Of a stretch of 64,000 nt of DNA, positions 1 through 12,800 are shown in pieces. Source of the stretch: Takakia lepidozioides. Its lineage: Eukaryota; Plantae; Bryophyta. The translations under genes were made by a program, and so were the position numbers. Under the pieces are notes generated by a model, which saw only the letters and a program-made list of their open reading frames with translations, was not told the origin of the DNA and searched no databases. The first letter of the stretch is position 1; each line of letters opens with the position of its first letter. The stretch is from the NCBI GenBank assembly GCA_030704615.1, contig CM060731.1, positions 29,140,001 through 29,204,000 on the forward strand. The letters run 5' to 3'.

Positions 1-1040
1 TACTGTGACTGGACATCTTCGTTTTCCGACCTCCTCGTATCGAACACTTGAGTTGTGCCCCGAACTTTGAATCTGCTCTTGTTGGGGCAGTTTAATGCTA
101 TGTGATCTTCTTCTCCACAATAGAGGCATAATGCATTCGAGCGCCGTCTTTGTTTTTCTTGTGGCGTCAATGGCTTGAATCGGACAACATCAATCGGCAT
201 AGGATCACTATTGGATGTCTGATGGATCGTTGTGTTTGGTGTCGTAGTAGCAGTGACATGATGTGTCGTAGACCATCCATATCGCTTCTTTTGACGTCTT
301 TCGAATAAACGATTATCGCATGCAATGACTTGGGTGATGAATTCACTCAGTGTGCTCACGTTTGGCATTGTCAGCAACAAATCTTTTACATCATCTTTTA
401 GCCCACATCAAAACTGACTAATGAGGCTTTTCTCATTCCAGTCGAGGTCGAACGTAAGTTGTCGAAATTCGGCAGCATAAGCGGAAACATGACGTGCTCA
501 TTGTCGAAGATTTCGCATCTTTGTTTCTGCAACTCTCTCTCTATCATTTTCTCCAAACGTTGCAGTGAACTCGGACATGAATGCTTCAAAATTGTATAGT
601 AAATGCGAATTTTTTTCTAATAGCGGTGCAAACCAAGATAGGGCAGTGCCTGACAGAAAGGTGCCCACGAATCCCACTTGAATACCTTCATCGGGATAGC
701 GTTGTGGATGTAGTCGTAGGAACAGTCGTACTTATTGAACAAAACTGCGAAATCTTGATCTCGTCCCATCAAATTTCTCGGGCATGCTAATCTTTGGTTC
801 TCTCGTAATCTGTTGAAAAGGAACCGTTGCAGTAGTAGCTGTTGCAGTAGGGACTCGTATGGTTGAAGATCCATTGTTCGACTCTTTTAACTCTGAAATT
901 TGTTGTTGCAAATTGTGGAGAGCGTTGCCAAGATCTTGAGACTGATCAGCTTGCAATTGGGCGGTAGATGTACGAAGTTCTTGCATCTGGAGCTGAAGAC
1001 TCTGCAATGTGGTGACCATTTCCACAAATGTACCTTCCAT
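1..1040 (-). mobile_element. Ty3/Gypsy (chromovirus-like) gag, degenerate; element continues past the left window edge
   Basis: ORF 732-1040 (REPKISMPEKFDGTRSRFRSFVQ) reads on through stops into LSGTALSWFAPLLEK, AYAAEFRQL, DPMPID and a CLYCGEEDHIALNC zinc knuckle. Confidence 0.9.
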
Positions 1041-1064
1041 CTTAACTAACTAAAGAACAAACTG

Positions 1065-1075
1065 CAGTCTCGCCA
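1065..1075 (-). promoter_or_regulatory. Primer-binding site, probably Tf1-type self-priming
   Basis: TGGCGAGACTG lies 2 nt after the LTR and is perfectly complementary to CAGTCTCGCCA at 1346-1336, 30 nt downstream of the TATA box. Confidence 0.7.
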
Positions 1076-1077
1076 TC

Positions 1078-1706
1078 TGTCAAGGACGTGAACATGACAG
1101 AACACAAACAAGAGATAAGACTAGAGGTACAAGACTAGACAAGAAGTCAAGATCGACGAGGCCGAATGCATGGTACGTGAACATGAATCAAGATGATCTT
1201 TATAACAATGGACAAGAGTACAAAATACTGGAACTCGACTCGGATATTGGAATGCTAGAAACTGGACTAGAATACCAGATACTGGAAGCTGGACTGGAGT
1301 ACTGGACTTGGAACAAGAGTAGCTTGAACTTGTGTTGGCGAGACTGAAGAGTGTCCAGTCTCGCCTCCTATATATACTGGCTATAAGAAGTTTCTCCAAG
1401 AAGCTTCCCCTATGGAGGTTTCTTGCTGGAGAAGTTTCCAAGATTAAACAAAAGTTTCTTGATGGAGAAGCTTCCTTAAACAAATGAGGTATCTTGATGG
1501 AGAAGTTTCATCCAAAAGAAGCTTCCTGAGTAGTTTCCCAAGTTACTCTTGGTAATTTGGTAAACTCCCGGTAACTTGGTAAGTAATGGTAAGTAATGGT
1601 AAATCATGGTAAGTTATGATAAGTCATGGTAACTTTTGGTAACATGGTAACTTGATAACTTCTGGTATTTACTCCTGGTAAGTTCCTCTGGGCTATGTCC
1701 GTGATA
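1078..1706 (-). mobile_element. 5' LTR of the Ty3 element
   Basis: On the minus strand it begins TATCACGG (TG mutated) and ends CCTTGACA. TATATATA at 1369-1376, GGTAA micro-repeats at ~1550-1685, PBS and gag directly downstream. Confidence 0.75.
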
Positions 1707-3606
1707 GCTGGTGGAAACTCATGGTTGGAGCTTCCATCTCGGAATCCTCCCCTATGCAAAACACTGCCTGGGCACCTTCTTCCCGTTGGATTTTGCAAGG
1801 CCTTAACCACAAAGCTCAGGGCTCCCCACTTTGGAACTCTATTTGGAAGGCTTGGAACTACTTTAGACCTTGCCTTAGGAAACAGAAGCCAGCTTCTTTT
1901 CACGAAGTATTGAGACAACACCTTTTCCTTAATTAACTCCAACAATCCCTCCCGGGAGGAAAAAATCCAAGCCAAAAGATGGGCAGGTTGGGATTCAAGA
2001 GGAGTCTCCACTGTCAAAAATCTCTGGGATAGTACACCCCAGTCTCTCCAACAAGCTCTGGGATCCCGGCGCCTTCAATCAGGCATAACAGATATCATTC
2101 GCTCCATTCCGGACTCGTGGAAGCTTATTCTTGCAGGCAGCCCTGGCCCTCCTTCTCCCCACCATTGGGTTCTCTCTAACTTCCAAAACCTTCATCCTCT
2201 ACCTCACTGCCTCCTCAGAGTTACAGGTTTATGGTTATCAATTCCAAGCCAACAATTTCTCTGGTCTGCTCTCTCTTTCCTCTCTGCAGATAGTTTCTCT
2301 ACCCTTTGCCTCTTGCTCACCAGCCCGGATCTGCCTTTGGTCTGACCCATCCAAACCATTCAACCCTCAAGCTCCTATGCGCTCTCCCATCATTCCATGG
2401 CTGCAACAAAGTTCTTTTGCTCTCATAGAAAGGTCTCAGTCCTCTCTGCAAATAGACCCTGTAGAATGGAAATGGCTCTTCAAAGATGAACTCCTACCCT
2501 TCTTTGCATACACTGCCAAGAGAGCGTACAGGGCCCTCTTGGGGGCAACACCATTGTATGCCAAATGGAATAAAAAATGGGGGCATGAAAATTTTGCTGA
2601 TGAGAACTGGAAGTGTATTTGGGCTCTAATATGGGAGAAATCAAAACGAGCCAAGATTAGCGCTTTCCTTTGGCAGGTTGCCAACTTCTTAACTTTGCAG
2701 AGGCCTTTCTATGCCAATGCTGTTCGATAAGTACCATCAAAACCTTGGAGCACTGCCTCATCTATTGCAAAGCTCCCACCGCCATCTGGCCGCTAGTAAG
2801 GGACTTCTATAGGAATTGGGACCTCTTGCCGTTGTGCATAGGCCCTCAACAATGAAAACTCATCTCCTACTGCCCTTCTCACTCTGGTCTTCTTTGACCT
2901 TACAATAGCGGCTAAGAAGGCTTGGGCTTCATTGTGTGCAGAGGCTGTCAGGAAGCCGCAACGTCAGCCTGCCCTCCTCCATGCCTTCCGAACAACATGG
3001 GGGAAGCATGGGGTCATTTGTAGCTGCGCTTATGATCTCACCTGTGTATGGGTAGACTCAGTACCACACTCTTGGCAAGGACTCAGATCCGAGCTCTTCA
3101 GCTTCCCCTGAGTTTGAAAGATCCGATGTCAATTGGAAGCACATCAAGCCCACATCCTCGGCCAAGCTTTGCTTTCATAGATAGAATGTCTTCAGTGCTA
3201 TGCTAGGGCCCATTGATACCTTCCACTTGTGCCCCTCTTTGGCTGTCTTTCCTCTCTCGCCATCTCCAATCGCCTGCCCTCTCATCTTCTCTCATCTGCT
3301 CTCTTTTTGGTCTTCATACCATAAGCATCTTCTTTCTGGTTCTCAACCATGTTAATTTTCATGATATGCCAGTTTATTGGTAGGAATCCTCTCGCTGTGA
3401 GAGAGAGGCTATTTTCAGGGGTATGTAACGTACCCAATAATGCGTTCACTGTTCGAGAGTTATCCAGCACGGCAAACCGTGAGATCAGGCTTATGGCAGC
3501 CTTCGGGCACTTAATTTTTTCCCTTCAATAATCCTATCAATAAAAGCACTATCCCACATGGCCTCGTCCCCTGTTCAGTAAAAAATAAAAAATAAAAAAA
3601 TAAAAA
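1707..3606 (+). mobile_element. L1-like LINE, 3' part of ORF2 and tail, degenerate; interrupted on the left by the LTR element
   Basis: GSPLWNSIWKAW; WKCIWALIWEKSKRAKISAFLWQ..CQCC..TLEHCLIYC (zf-RVT-like) across frameshifts; A-rich tail at 3579-3606. Confidence 0.7.
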
Positions 3607-3953
3607 TCTTGCTCTGGAAAAGATGAACGGTTTCAAGCTCCCTGCGTGATTAGTTTGGAATTCATCCCATCGACGTCTCTCTTCCCGATGTTCCTGTCGT
3701 TCTTGCTAGCTCTTCATGGCTGGATAGTAGTAAACTTTCATCCAACTTCGACTTCAGCCACTGGCGGGAACCAAGTGGAGACTCCACTCGCGGGTGGTGC
3801 GAGGTCGGATCTGTGGGGACCTCACAGAGAAGCTGAATCACTGCACGTTGAAAGCAAAATGTCACAGTTTTGGGCTCTTTGAAAATCAGCTGGTGAACTG
3901 CACTCGTGGGTAATCAGGGATTGCTGGGAGGATTGCCATTTGTCTCTGAGGGG

Positions 3954-6900
3954 ATGATGAGGAAGTTCGTAACGCAGGCTGCCTTCTTAAACCCAAAATG
4001 TAATGGTGACGGTATTGCCAAGTGGGCGAGAAATGGCAGCATCAGACGATCTAATTGGTTTGTGACTGTGGGAGATAGCAGCAGGCTAACTGGAGTACGA
4101 GATTCCAGATTGTGCTTTCGGGCAAGCGCTTGGATTCAGCAGCAGGTGGGCAGGGCTCTCTGTCGCTGTTACCATGTTTTGTCCCCTGAGTTTCGCCACA
4201 ACCTATACAGTTTACGAGATTTTTGCTCGAAGTTTTCTACCGTGTCGAACGAGCGGAAGGTTTCACCGAAGACCTTGCAATTGGCCGACATTGAGTACAT
4301 AAGATGGTGGGATAAGAAGATGCAAGCTTGCCAGAAACCGGCAACCAGACAGATGATCGATCGACTAACCCAGGAAAATTTGCTTGGTTTGCATGAGTCT
4401 CTGCCGGGCTAGTTCTACTCCCAACTGATGCCAATAGCCTCTGCATCTCCTACTTGCGGAATTTGTTGCTCCATCCGCCACCGTATAAGGTAGCTGCCTG
4501 CGTCCAGTCTGCTTGCCGACACTTGGCGGAGATCAAGTGCTCAATTCCTGATTTCACATGTGTTTCAGCTGCCAAGCTCATGAAGCTGATAGAAGCGAAG
4601 GAGGCCAACCACATTGAGTTCGCTCGCATGCGCAACATGGCAGAAGATGTTGTCCACATGGCTAGCTTCCCGGAGCTAAGCCCTGTCCTGAATCTGCTTC
4701 TGGAACCAACTGTGCTAGCCACAGGTACCAGTTTGACGCCACTATGATCTACAAAATCTGTTCCAATGACGAAATCAAAATATGCACTGTACTAAGCTGA
4801 ATGACTTCATTGAGTATTTGGTATATTACGACGATAGCTGGTACATTAGACACATGTATGTAGTTATTCTGCAAACACAATCAACAACTACACTGCTCTG
4901 CCAGACATTGAAACATGCAGAATATGTAGCTAGAATCGACATAATGAAGGTCATCAGGGCTCCTACTGTATTAAGCTCCAGAGAGTCAGACACACAAATG
5001 TGCTTGCCCAAGGGTACTATGTACGTGCAGGTTTGCGTATAGAGAGGAGTCAGTTGGTGGACGACTGCAAGCTGCTGGCAAGCACAATAGGGGATGTGCT
5101 TGCTTGTGAAGGGGACCCAGACCAAGCCATAAGCATGAGTCCATCCATCCCCTTTGATTTTTGTCAAGATTTAGAGGTCAGTTGGAGGGGCCGTGTTAAG
5201 AGGGAGCGTGCTGAAGAAGTATATAAAAATGTGGATGATGCCTCAGCTGAACTATCTGTTGCACTAGTTACCGATTTTCTTCCCATTGTGAACTACGTAA
5301 AAGGGAATCAAAACCCTGTGGAGGGCCAAAAAGGGGAAATTTGCCACAGCCGTGAGAATCAAGCAGTGTGGTTCAAAGGTAGGAACTACAGACCATCTCA
5401 GTTGGGGAATAGGCCTGGGGAGACAGAGATGAAGCGCTTGATTCCAGCTTTTGATGGAAAGGGCAAGAAAGTGCCCGGAGAGGAGTGGTGGACTACGGAG
5501 CGTGTGGAAAATGCTCTGAGCAACTATAGATCTGCAGTCAACAGAGCAAGTGAAGAAATTGTTGAAATTCTAAGAGCCCTAGCAGAGAAATTGAAGACCA
5601 AGATGAATGCTCTCATTTTCATTTCTGTTCTTTCTGTCGTTGTGAAGACTTTCAACATGCACGTGAGCGAGGGAAAGAGGCGCAGATGGGTGTTCCCTTT
5701 GCTCTCACCCTGTAGAGACATATTGCAGCTTGGGGAGGTACCTGATCCCCAGAGAGTGGATGATGTCCAAGCTCCTAGGACAATGGTGGAAAATGTGGGG
5801 ACTGACAGGCATATGGTGCTGGTGGATTTGGTACCTTACTGGGAAGAGCCAACGTCTACAAGACCTCAACCAAATACAGTAGAAATGGAGTCCATATTCT
5901 TGCTTACAGGGCCCAATGGTGGAGGGAAGTCGACCATCTTACGCTCAATATGTGCAGCTGCAGTCATGGGGGTGTGTGGGCTAATGGTCCCTGCCCGTGA
6001 AGCCTTCATCCCAAAGTTGGATGCTGTCATGCTGCGTGTAATGTCCACAGACAGTCCTGCCGACAGCAAGAGCTCTTTCCAGATGGTATGCCTCGGACAG
6101 TCCATACTCTGTTGAATACACATTGATTGCACCTGCAACTCCAATGAAGTTTGTAGAATCATTGCCCAGTACAATCTGTTTGATCATGAATTAATCCGTG
6201 AAGCTTCATCTGGTATACATGGATGTTTACTGCAGGAGATGTCTCAACTCCGGACTATATTGGCAGAAGCCACTGACAGAAGCCTCGTGCTGGTGGATGA
6301 GTTGTGCCGGGGAACTGATGGGCAGAAGGGCACCTGCCTTGCAGCTAGTGTGTTAGAAACGCTAGACCACATTGGTTGCCTAGGAGTCCTCTCGACGCAT
6401 CTGCATGACCTTTTGGATATGGAGCTACAAACCACTAAGGTCGTCCACAAAGCTATGGGGACAAAGGACGTTGATGGCCAGGTGGTACCTACCTGGAAAC
6501 TGGTCGATAGCGCTTGTAGAGAGAGTTTAGCTTTTGAGGTGGCTAGGAAAGAAGGTGTCCCAGAAAGTGTTGTGCAGAGGGCGGAGGAGCACTATAGAGT
6601 ATTACTGAAGCGTAGTTGGAACACCAGGACGTTTGACTTAGTTGGTAATTCAGATAGTGCAGAGGAGAAATGTAAATTCAACCAAGCAGAACAGGACAGA
6701 ACTCAAGGAAGGGCTGCTGAGTGGAGGGATTCCCTGGAAAAAACTAATTCTTACAGAGAGATAAGAGACGTGATGGAGATCTTCAACAATATATGCAAAG
6801 AGAAGCTCCTCCAGATACAAGAGGCTGAAAGCGACAAGGGTGCCTTCTACCCTCACACTGTGGCTTGCGAGCTAGTTGGTCCTCGGCAATTGCCGCCGCC

Positions 6901-7183
6901 TGCAACCACCAAGCATTCATGTGTATATATGCTGCAACGACCTGATGGAAAGTTCTATATTGGGGAGTCCGATGCCTTGACGTGCAGGATTGAGAAGCAT
7001 CGACTAAAGTTGCCGGAGGCACCATTCCTGTATGTGATAGTGGCGAATAGAAGTGTGGCGCGTGAGCTGGAGACATTCCTTATCAACCAGCTCCCTCAAT
7101 TGGGTCTCAGCCTGGCGAACAAAGGTGTTCAGGGGCATCGCCATTTTGGAACTGCACCTCTCATGGAAGCCCCTCCCTTTTAG
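3954..7183 (+). pseudogene. MSH1: MSH1 (organellar MutS homolog 1) copy with internal deletion and frameshift at ~4409
   Basis: Transit-peptide-like start, then WWDKKMQACQKPATRQMIDRLTQENLLGL ending at TAG 4410-4412. Another frame resumes at 4409 with LVLLPTDANSLCISYLRNLLLHPP. The FYE-motif domain is absent. Introns 4725-5030 and 6086-6235 are GT-AG and phase-compatible. Confidence 0.85.
4409..7183 (+). CDS. MSH1: Uninterrupted 3' coding part of MSH1 (exons 4409-4724, 5031-6085, 6236-7183): MutS core, ATPase, GIY-YIG nuclease
   Basis: EANHIEF, GPNGGGKST (Walker A), DSPADSKSSFQMEMS, LVDELCRGT, STHLH, CRESLAFEVA, CVYMLQRPDGKFYIGESD; no stops after splicing. Confidence 0.85.
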
Positions 7184-7838
7184 GACTTTCGCCCAGGGAG
7201 AAGGATTTGCAGCTTAAAGATTCTGTGTTACATGAACTAATTTTATACTATTGCAGTCCAGTAGAGACCTCCCTATGCTAAATTTAGCCAATTCCTCCCT
7301 TCTTTTTTTGGACCCCCCTCATCTCAATATACTTGACCTTCTTACATAAGCGGCCCCACTCTAATTCCTGGTCCACAGTAATTCCTGGACCACTCTAGAA
7401 TCAGGGCCCAATGAAACTGCTCTACATATAGACAACAATTCAATCACATGTTTGTAAGAACATTGTTCATAGCGCGGGTGCACAGTGATTAGTTGCATGA
7501 ATGGCGGGTCGGTGAGAGAGTGGGCAGGAAAATAGATTGGTTGATGGTTGATAACCATCGGCAAATCCAAAATACTGTATCTATTGAGAACGGACGGATA
7601 TTAAAATTTTGTGAGTAATATGTGAGGCGGTGCCCACCGGTGGGCCTCATACTTAGGAACCAGCTGGTATTGAGAAGTAAAAATATTTCAATACCAGGAT
7701 CTCGTTGGTATTAAAAAAGGTAATACCGTACCTACCTATGCTCTCTGATGATAATTAAATTCAAAACCTTAAAAAAAATTAAAAATTAAAACAGACTGCT
7801 GGAAATATTTAACTGAAGTCCTTCCAATGCTATCACAA

Positions 7839-8250
7839 TGTTGTATTCATATTTATATAGTAGAATACAGCAGTACATCACGGTGCTGATAGCATCAATA
7901 GAGGAGAAGCATACAACAATGCAGGCAAGGAATGATGACTTCTTGTTACTTGTTACTGCCAGCTCCCAACTTAGCCTGTACCAAGGTCTTTAGTGGTTTC
8001 TTGTCTCTCCTAGTTTAGTTTGTGTGTGTCAATACATCGTCAGTGGTTGCTTCTTGGAGCTTAGAGTGCAGGGTTAGCTTGAGAGCATGTGAGCTGTGTA
8101 CCAAGCCTTTAGTACCAAAGAGTGTATGCGACTTTGTCTTATGTAATACAATATTGTTGACCTCCAAGCAATGTGTACTTGGAGCCTTTGTGTATGATTG
8201 TGTGCTTTGTTTAATCTATGCATTGTTGGTAGAGTACAATAGGTTATGGG
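7839..8250 (+). mobile_element. Ty1/Copia 5' LTR (7839-8241) and first part of its PBS (GGTTATGGG)
   Basis: Short inverted termini TGTTGTATTC / GAGTACAATA, immediately followed by GGTTATGGG, the start of the half-tRNAiMet PBS known from Drosophila copia. Confidence 0.7.
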
Positions 8251-8588
8251 TAGGGAATTCCAAATAGGCCTTGATGTGAAATGCAGCGCAATTCACTTGA
8301 TCAGATGCCAATTCAATTGAATTTCGATGCCAATTCAATTGAACTAACCCTAATTTGCAATTCAATTGAATTGTAATCTATAATTTTTAACGCAGTTTTG
8401 TATATAATATATATAATATATTATCATGTGTATGTATATGTATATGTATCATATACACATATACATACGAGAGTATAAGATGAATATACATGCTGGCCCG
8501 TCTATTCCTGCTGCCCGTCCATCCTTTGCTTGTGGTAAGGCCTAAGTCACGACATGAGTCGCGTACCCTAAAGGAGAGATATATACTA
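8251..8588 (+). repeat. Terminal repeat copy 1 of an unclassified DNA-transposon-like element
   Basis: Near-identical to 16845-17211; starts TAGGGAATTCC; contains CAATTCAATTGAATT palindromes; preceded by TATGGG. Confidence 0.9.
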
Positions 8589-8599
8589 CACATATATAC

Positions 8600-8850
8600 T
8601 AGTCGAGGTATCGTCATTAGGTTGTAGCCCTGTTTGATATATCTACAGAGGTATAGTATTTCATTTTACAAGAAAAGTTGGCCAAATTAATCTATATTTA
8701 TGCGGAGGTATCGTCATGAGACAGTAGCCCTGTTTAGTATACCACCAGAGGTATAGCGCATGACTTACAAAGAAACCTGGTCAAATCAGCCTATATGCAG
8801 GTTGAGGTATCGTTATGAGGTAGTTGCCCTGTTTAGTATACCTACAGAGG
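8600..8850 (+). repeat. Subterminal degenerate repeats (GAGGTATCGTCAT...GCCCTGTTT...CAGAGG), about 3 copies
   Basis: Units start near 8605, 8705 and 8805. Confidence 0.7.
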
Positions 8851-9254
8851 GATTGGCAACGTACGCATTCTTATCTCTGTTTTTATCCCAGTCCTCGCTT
8901 GTTAGATTCTACAGCTGTTCATCGCGTAGCACTTGGCTACATGATGTCTATTGTTTCTGGTTTACTCAATAAGAAGAGTGGGATAGAAATGTCAAGTGAG
9001 TTTTTCATGGTACGTGTCATGGTTGGGTGGACAGGAAGAGGCCAAGGAAGAGGCAGCAGCAGAGCTGACACATTTGGTAAGGCAACCGTGTCCATCCTGA
9101 GTATGAATGATGCTGCACCCTCGGAAATACAAGATGCTTCAAGTAAGTTCAAAGAGCTTTCTTCTCTTTCTGGTGTGCTGGATATGTATGCGGAGGACAA
9201 CTAATATCACCTTAGGTGCCAAGGCAGAAACAAACAACCAAACCCTATTTCATT

Positions 9255-9290
<36 letters not shown>

Positions 9291-9294
<4 letters not shown>

Positions 9295-12200
9295 TTTCTC
9301 CCTGTCCTCTAGGAAGCCTATTGACATTGGGTGGACTTGAAACGGGAGTACATTAATGTCTCTGTCACTAAATGCCGGCCTTCTGACCTCGTGTCCTTGT
9401 TTGTTTCGACCTTAAGCGTTTTGCTTCAGGTAAGGTAGTGCATTGGATTTAGTTGGAAAGCTTGGGGCCTTTCCCTCTTTAGAATATGCCTACACGGGCC
9501 ATTCCCTGCAACTCCCTGGAGTGTGATCTCTGAATGGTAACAAGCGGACTCCTACCGCTTGGGGGCAGCTCCTCCGCCCAAATTGGGCAGTCGTATGCTC
9601 TGTCTAGCATACTCGGCACTTGGGCTCGGGTTGGTTCCTGTGCTTAAACTTATGGCCTGCGAAAACAATCAAAAATTTAGCTCCTATCAACATCAACACT
9701 CCTCAGGGTGATCCCTCACAAGTGGTTACTTATGCCAAATCTAGGGCTTCATGTGTAGTTTTTGGGGTGAATCCCAGGATGGACGATGTGTCCTTTAAAA
9801 CTACATGCTCTACCTTAGGCTTGGATTTCATGGTTAATGGTACCATCTCGAGACTTGATAACAGGGGTACGTTGAAGGTTGCAATGACCAAAAGTGCTTC
9901 TAATAGAGTCCCGCATCAATTCAATCTCAAAGAAGTTCGTTCGTGATTTCTTGTTTGACAATTGTGAAATTATCAACAAGGGTTTGAGGTACGAGCATAG
10001 TATCTGGCTAAAACTGAATTTGAAGGGCGGCATGAGTACTCTGCTGGACCTCTTTGTCCGTTGTGTTTACATGCCCACAGAGGGGACCCTGTGTGCTGAC
10101 GCAGACAAGGCCTCACAAGTTTTGAAGCTGGACTGTGCTTCGTTCCTTGCCAAAGGTCAGGTGGTACTATTGGGGGACTTCAATGCCTGGGTGGGCAAAG
10201 GGATCCATCAGGACGATATCATTGGACCTTTTGGTGAGGACGAGCTGAATTCTAATGGCAGACGGTTAATTAACTGTCTAGAAGAGCTTCAGCTTTTGAC
10301 CTTGAATAACAGGACAAGAGGTGACCAAGTGCAGTGGACTCGTGAGAAACCCCAAACTGGGGAACGTTCCATTGTGGACTATATCATAATGGACAAATTT
10401 TTGTTCCCCCAGTGTGCCGATGTGTTGATCGACAGAACTGATATTGGTACCTCTGACCACTTGCTGGTTTGGACTGACATCAAAAGGTGTTTTCCCACCA
10501 CCAAGAGATCTGTGAAACGTTCGATTCGGAAGTGGCGCATAGAAAAATTCCACAATGAGGAGGTCAAGGCTGAGTACGTCCAGCCCTTGCAAGAGGCTCT
10601 CCCTCATTTTGTCCAATCGCTCCAAGAACTTCAGTCACGCTCTGTTAACGCAATAAATGAAGTCGAAAGAGCAGTGGACTCTTGGGAGAGTTTCGTTTCC
10701 TCCGTGGCTGACAAGATCATTGGGAGGAAACTAATTGTCTACGGTAGAGCTGTTAATTGGTGGACTAATGAGATTAAACTCAAGATAGCTGAGAGACGAG
10801 CCCTCTATAAACAGTGCTGCAATTTGGAAACCAACAGAGAATTGTGGGCGAGGTACTACCAGCTCCGTAAAGATATCAATCAGCTTGTTAGGTCTCAGAA
10901 AAAATTATACTGGGACAAGTTATACAGTGAAATAAACTCAAACCACCATGGTGGTAATGACAAGAAATTCTGCTTGGCCCTTCAACGTTTGTACAAACCG
11001 AAAAACGGTCAGCAAGTACAAGCGCTGAAGACTACTAAAGGTGCAGTGGTGACTTCATCGGTTGACATTGTCAAAACCTTTGAAACTCACTACAGTACCC
11101 TTGGCAGAACTTCTAGGTATAACAGTGAGGGGTCTTCTGCTGAATGGAGGGACACAGTTGGAAAAACTGTTCCTATGATTCAAAACAGCCCTGATGAACT
11201 GGAGTATATTTCAATGGCCTATAATGCTCCCATTACTTCTTCTGAGATTGTCGAAGCAATTGAACATATAAATGGAGGTAAAGCTCCTGGACCAGATGGT
11301 ATTGTCAACGAGCTTATCAAGCACGGTGGCGATCCCATGATAGAGGCCCTATTTCTCCTCTTTAACCTTCTCTGGAAGACTGAAATGATCCCCTTTCGCT
11401 GGCGACAGGGGGTCATTGTCAATCTATACAAGAAGGGTGACAGAGAATAACTGGGGAACTACCGTGGCATCACGCTCCTCAATGTTGTTGGCAAGACATT
11501 CTGCTTATTTATAAGTACTCGTCTCGAGGTTGATTTGGAGTCTAGAGGTTGTTTCCACGAAGGCCAAGCTGGCTTTCGGCGAAACAGGGGCTGTGTGGAT
11601 CATATCTTCACTCTAAGCAAGATTATCCAGGGAAGGAAAAAGGAGGGAAACCCACTTATGTCTTTTTCCTGGATGTCAAAAAGGCTTATGACACAGTGTG
11701 GAGAGATGGCCTATGGTTCCGCCTCTGGTCTTGTGGGATCAAGGGAAAGATGTGGAGACTTGTCCACAACTTGTATGCTCACACCAAAAGCTGTGTCACT
11801 GTTAACGGACAAAAGTCCAACTTCTTTGACTTAGACCAAGGTGTAGCTCAAGGATGTACTCTCTCCCCTCTGCCCTTCAATGTTTTCATCAATCAACTCC
11901 TCGAGGATGTGGAAAGTGACGGATTTGGGTTAAGGGTGGGTGATACCACCATACCAGCCCTTATGTTTGCGGATGACTTCGCAGGCATAGGGGAGACTCC
12001 AACCAATCTCCAGGAGTTGATTGATTGCGCGAAGACATACTTTGATCTTTGGGGGCTAGAGGCTAATGTCAGCAAATGTGCAGTGGTAGCATTCAACGAC
12101 AGAGGAGAGGGAGGAAGTGATCTTAAGTGGCAGTGGGGTAGCCAAGAGATCCCGGTCCTCCCTTCCTACACTTACCTGGGCGTTGAGTTCTCCTCCAATT

Positions 12201-12800
12201 GTAATTGGGATGCACATATTCGGAAAGTTGTTCAAACTGGCAAGGGCAAAGCACTGGGGCTCACTAAATTTTTCCACTGCAGAGGGGTCAACTCTGAGGT
12301 TAAGAAAACCATGCTTTGTCGCGTTATTAGACCTGCCTTGGAGTACGGATCTGCTATATGGGTTGATAACTCCAACCAGGCTAAGTCTCTAGAATCCATT
12401 CAAGTGGGGGTGGTTAAGGAGTGTATGTCAGCATGCTCCAAAACAGCCAATGTGGCTGTTCGGGGTGAGTTTGGCATTCCGTCCTTCAGCTCCCGACGAC
12501 ATGAATTCAAGGTCAGATGGTGGGGTCAGCTGCAACATATGCCCAACACCAGATATCCTAAATTAATCGACTCTATATCTTGGAAACAGGACCGCCCTGT
12601 CAAACAGGCTAAGTCCTGGCAGAAGAGAGTACAAGAGATCCTCAAGGACCTCGACCTGTATCCGCAAGGCTTGACCCTGCTGGATATGTCTGACTTAGAG
12701 GCTCTTGCCTCAGCCATGTCTGTTGCCATGAGATTGTCTGATGAAAATGAAGTTAGGCAGAAAACTTCCCTGAACTTGTTTCCAGTCTGTGACATGGGGG
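9291..12800 (+). mobile_element. APE-RT LINE (RTE/RTEX-like), one nonsense codon and one frameshift in RT, 3' truncated, nested in the TIR-like element
   Basis: LLGDFNA, SIVDYI, SDH (APE); KAPGPDGI, NYRGITLL after TAA 11448-11450, QAGFR, FLDVKKAYDTV after a shift at ~11640, GVAQGCTLSP, LMFADD, YTYLGV. The APE N-terminus is missing. Boundaries are approximate. Confidence 0.93.

Noticed and set aside
8387-8617. Duplicated short ORFs (also 17004-17438)
   Set aside because: Chance translation of the terminal repeat.
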